Source of the DNA: Candidatus Wolfebacteria bacterium RIFCSPLOWO2_01_FULL_45_19
GTDB taxonomy: Bacteria > Patescibacteriota > Minisyncoccia > UBA6257 > GWB1-45-9
Direction: 5' to 3'
DNA length: 39,717 nt
Assembly: GCA_001793855.1 (NCBI GenBank)
Contig: MGIR01000002.1
Location: 9,617 to 49,333, forward strand
Shown here: positions 38,410 through 39,717 of the stretch, piece after piece
Layout of the letters: each line of letters opens with the position of its first letter
Numbering within the stretch: position 1 is the stretch's first letter
The notes under the pieces: generated by a model
Database searches by the model: none
What the model was told of the DNA's origin: nothing
Seen by the model: the letters and a program-made list of their open reading frames with translations, nothing else
Program-made: the position numbers and the translations under genes

Positions 38410-38781
38410 TTAAATATTTTCGTAATGTCTAATTGTATCATCTTTTTCTGAAATTGTCAAGGTGACTAGATCACATTTCCAACCCTTGTCGTTTATAAGC
38501 TCTTCGTTGTTTTGGGCGTAAAGCGTGGAAGTTTTTTTAAACTTTTTCATTTTTGCCGCAGTCATTTGTTCTTCCGGCAATAACTCTTCGGCTCCATTGC
38601 CGAATTGCCGCATTGTTTTTACTTCAACAAAAGTTAGAATTCCTTCCGGTGATATAGCCACAATATCCAGTTCCCCCCACTTTTGTCTATAGTTTCGTTC
38701 TATTATTTTATATCCTTTGTTTTTCAGATATTCGCAGGCCTTATCTTCACCGTATGTACCGAGGTCGGATTTATAAGTCAT
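38410..38781 (-). CDS. yraN: YraN/UPF0102 family PD-(D/E)XK nuclease
   Basis: LGTYGEDKACEYL..KGYKIIERNY..KWGELDIVA...FVEVK. Confidence 0.93.
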   Translation of the reverse strand: MTYKSDLGTYGEDKACEYLKNKGYKIIERNYRQKWGELDIVAISPEGILTFVEVKTMRQFGNGAEELLPEEQMTAAKMKKFKKTSTLYAQNNEELINDKGWKCDLVTLTISEKDDTIRHYENI

Positions 38782-38882
38782 ATGTTTAGAATTTAGAATA
38801 TAGAATTTAGAATTTGGGGTCAACATTTGTGTGTACGCTGTGTAAAAATTATACACGTGTTACGCAAAAAAGTTGTGTAAGA

Positions 38883-38963
38883 TGTTTGTCGTGAAACACC
38901 CGTAACAACAAAAAATGGCAATTCTTGAGCAAAATGGTTATACAAAGTGTTTGTCGTGAAACA
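38883..38963. other. Two identical parS-like 16-mers
   Basis: TGTTTGTCGTGAAACA at 38883-38898 and 38948-38963; 14/16 to TGTTTCACGTGAAACA. Confidence 0.6.
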
Positions 38964-39090
38964 TTGAAAACACCAAAAAATCGGGAAAGCTATATTTTAC
39001 GCGGTTACCCGCTTGTTAAACATTTTGCCATGTTTCACACCTTTTTACACATTCTGTCAACTTCATCTCCCAACCTCACCCGTCCTCATA

Positions 39091-39251
39091 GCGCGCCGCC
39101 TGTATTCCTCCCGGAACCGAGGTCGGTATGAGCGCAGGATACGAACCAGAGTCAAGTTGAGAAGCTCGGAAATGAGGCGAGTTCAAGGCGCGACCTGCCT
39201 GCCGGCAGGCAGGCAGGCAGAGAGTTTCCTAAAGAAACACAGGCGGCGCGT
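39091..39251 (-). repeat. Structured element, copy X2, with core replaced by other repeats
   Basis: Ends nearly identical to X1; middle holds the pnp-element arm (39130-39194) and CCTGCCTGCCGGCAGGCAGG. Confidence 0.85.
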
Positions 39252-39471
39252 TGAGAGTGAGTGAGGTTGAAATGAGTACTGGCGCACGCTTCGTCTGATT
39301 TGGCGCACAGCGTGATAGTTATTGTCGCGGGATGCTTGTTTGTTCTCGCAGAACATTTCGGACTTAATGAGTTTGAGGTGAAACTCGCGGACGTAACGTT
39401 GTCCGCTATACTTGTATGCTATATGATTTTCCTTGCCTACAGAATTATTTTTCGACAAGGCCACAAACATT

Positions 39472-39499
39472 AACAGGCACCCAACGTTGGGTGCCTGTT
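39472..39499. terminator. Perfect 28-bp palindrome downstream of tRNA-Val, probable terminator
   Basis: AACAGGCACCCAAC|GTTGGGTGCCTGTT; T tract on the + side. Confidence 0.6.
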
Positions 39500-39511
39500 T
39501 TTGTTTTAGTA

Positions 39512-39583
39512 TGGGCGCTGAAGGGATCGAACCCTCGGCCTACTCGGTGTAAACGAGTCGCTCTACCACTGAGCTAAGCGCCC
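39512..39583 (-). tRNA. tRNA-Val(UAC), CCA not encoded
   Basis: GGGCGCT acceptor, TAGCTCAGTGGTAGAGC D arm, ACTCG-TTTACAC-CGAGT anticodon arm, GAGGGTTCGATCCCTT T arm. Confidence 0.97.
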
Positions 39584-39612
39584 CCCTCCTCACTTGTTTC
39601 GCATCCCATGTT

Positions 39613-39698
39613 TACACTGAGCGAGCGAAGCGAGTCGAAGTGTGCAGTATTCTTGAATTAGTCCGAATCGTTTTCGCCCCTCGACTGGCTCGGGGCGA
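39613..39698. repeat. Inverted pair of REP-like hairpins (YGAGC...AGTCGAR)
   Basis: CACTGAGCGAGCGAAGCGAGTCGAAGTG on +; CGCCCCGAGCCAGTCGAGGGGCG on -. Confidence 0.6.
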
Positions 39699-39717
39699 GG
39701 AAGTCCCCCCGCCTGCG

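Noticed and set aside
37940-39276. CRISPR array
   Set aside because: Repeats are long, inverted and irregularly spaced with no unique spacers; no cas genes.
39183-39470. 95-aa ORF downstream of tRNA-Val
   Set aside because: No recognisable motif and the last third is translated repeat; could be a remnant but unsupported.
39650-39717. Hairpin followed by GAGGAAGTCCCCCC resembling the RNase P RNA 5' end
   Set aside because: Lacks one A of GAGGAAAGUCC, the hairpin is better explained as the partner of the REP-like repeat at 39613, and the window ends before it can be tested.

Overview
Chromosomal origin region of a small-genome bacterium. The gene set and style (mini-YebC, NYN gene between rpsO and pnp, PrgI-VirB4 membrane cluster, many apparently leaderless starts) suggest Patescibacteria/CPR, Parcubacteria-like; this is an inference. 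Left to right: gyrB 3' part (1-nt frameshift), rpsT, holA, a PAS histidine kinase, polA, tsaE, ruvB, pilB/gspE, a two-gene islet, yebC(short)-ruvC, a tiny acidic ORF, PBP1A, dnaN-oriC-dnaA, rpmH-rnpA-yidC-jag, a CPR-type T4SS-like cluster, rsmA, pcrA, comM/yifB, dksA-like, pnp, NYN, rpsO, yraN and tRNA-Val(UAC). The most notable material is non-coding. (1) A ~140-nt structured element occurs in four copies around yraN; two intact copies have different stem sequences but near-identical junctions and loops, i.e. covariation. (2) A promoter-preceded ~200-nt multibranch structure overlaps the pilB 3' end. (3) Three palindromes supply TTGACA -35 boxes with their right arm. (4) A 274-bp inverted-repeat doublet element supplies the pnp stop codon. 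(5) About 11 short degenerate tandem arrays, mostly 7-mers, occur, several inside conserved genes. (6) Two identical parS-like sites lie upstream of yraN. All calls were made by eye; no searches or folding programs were run.
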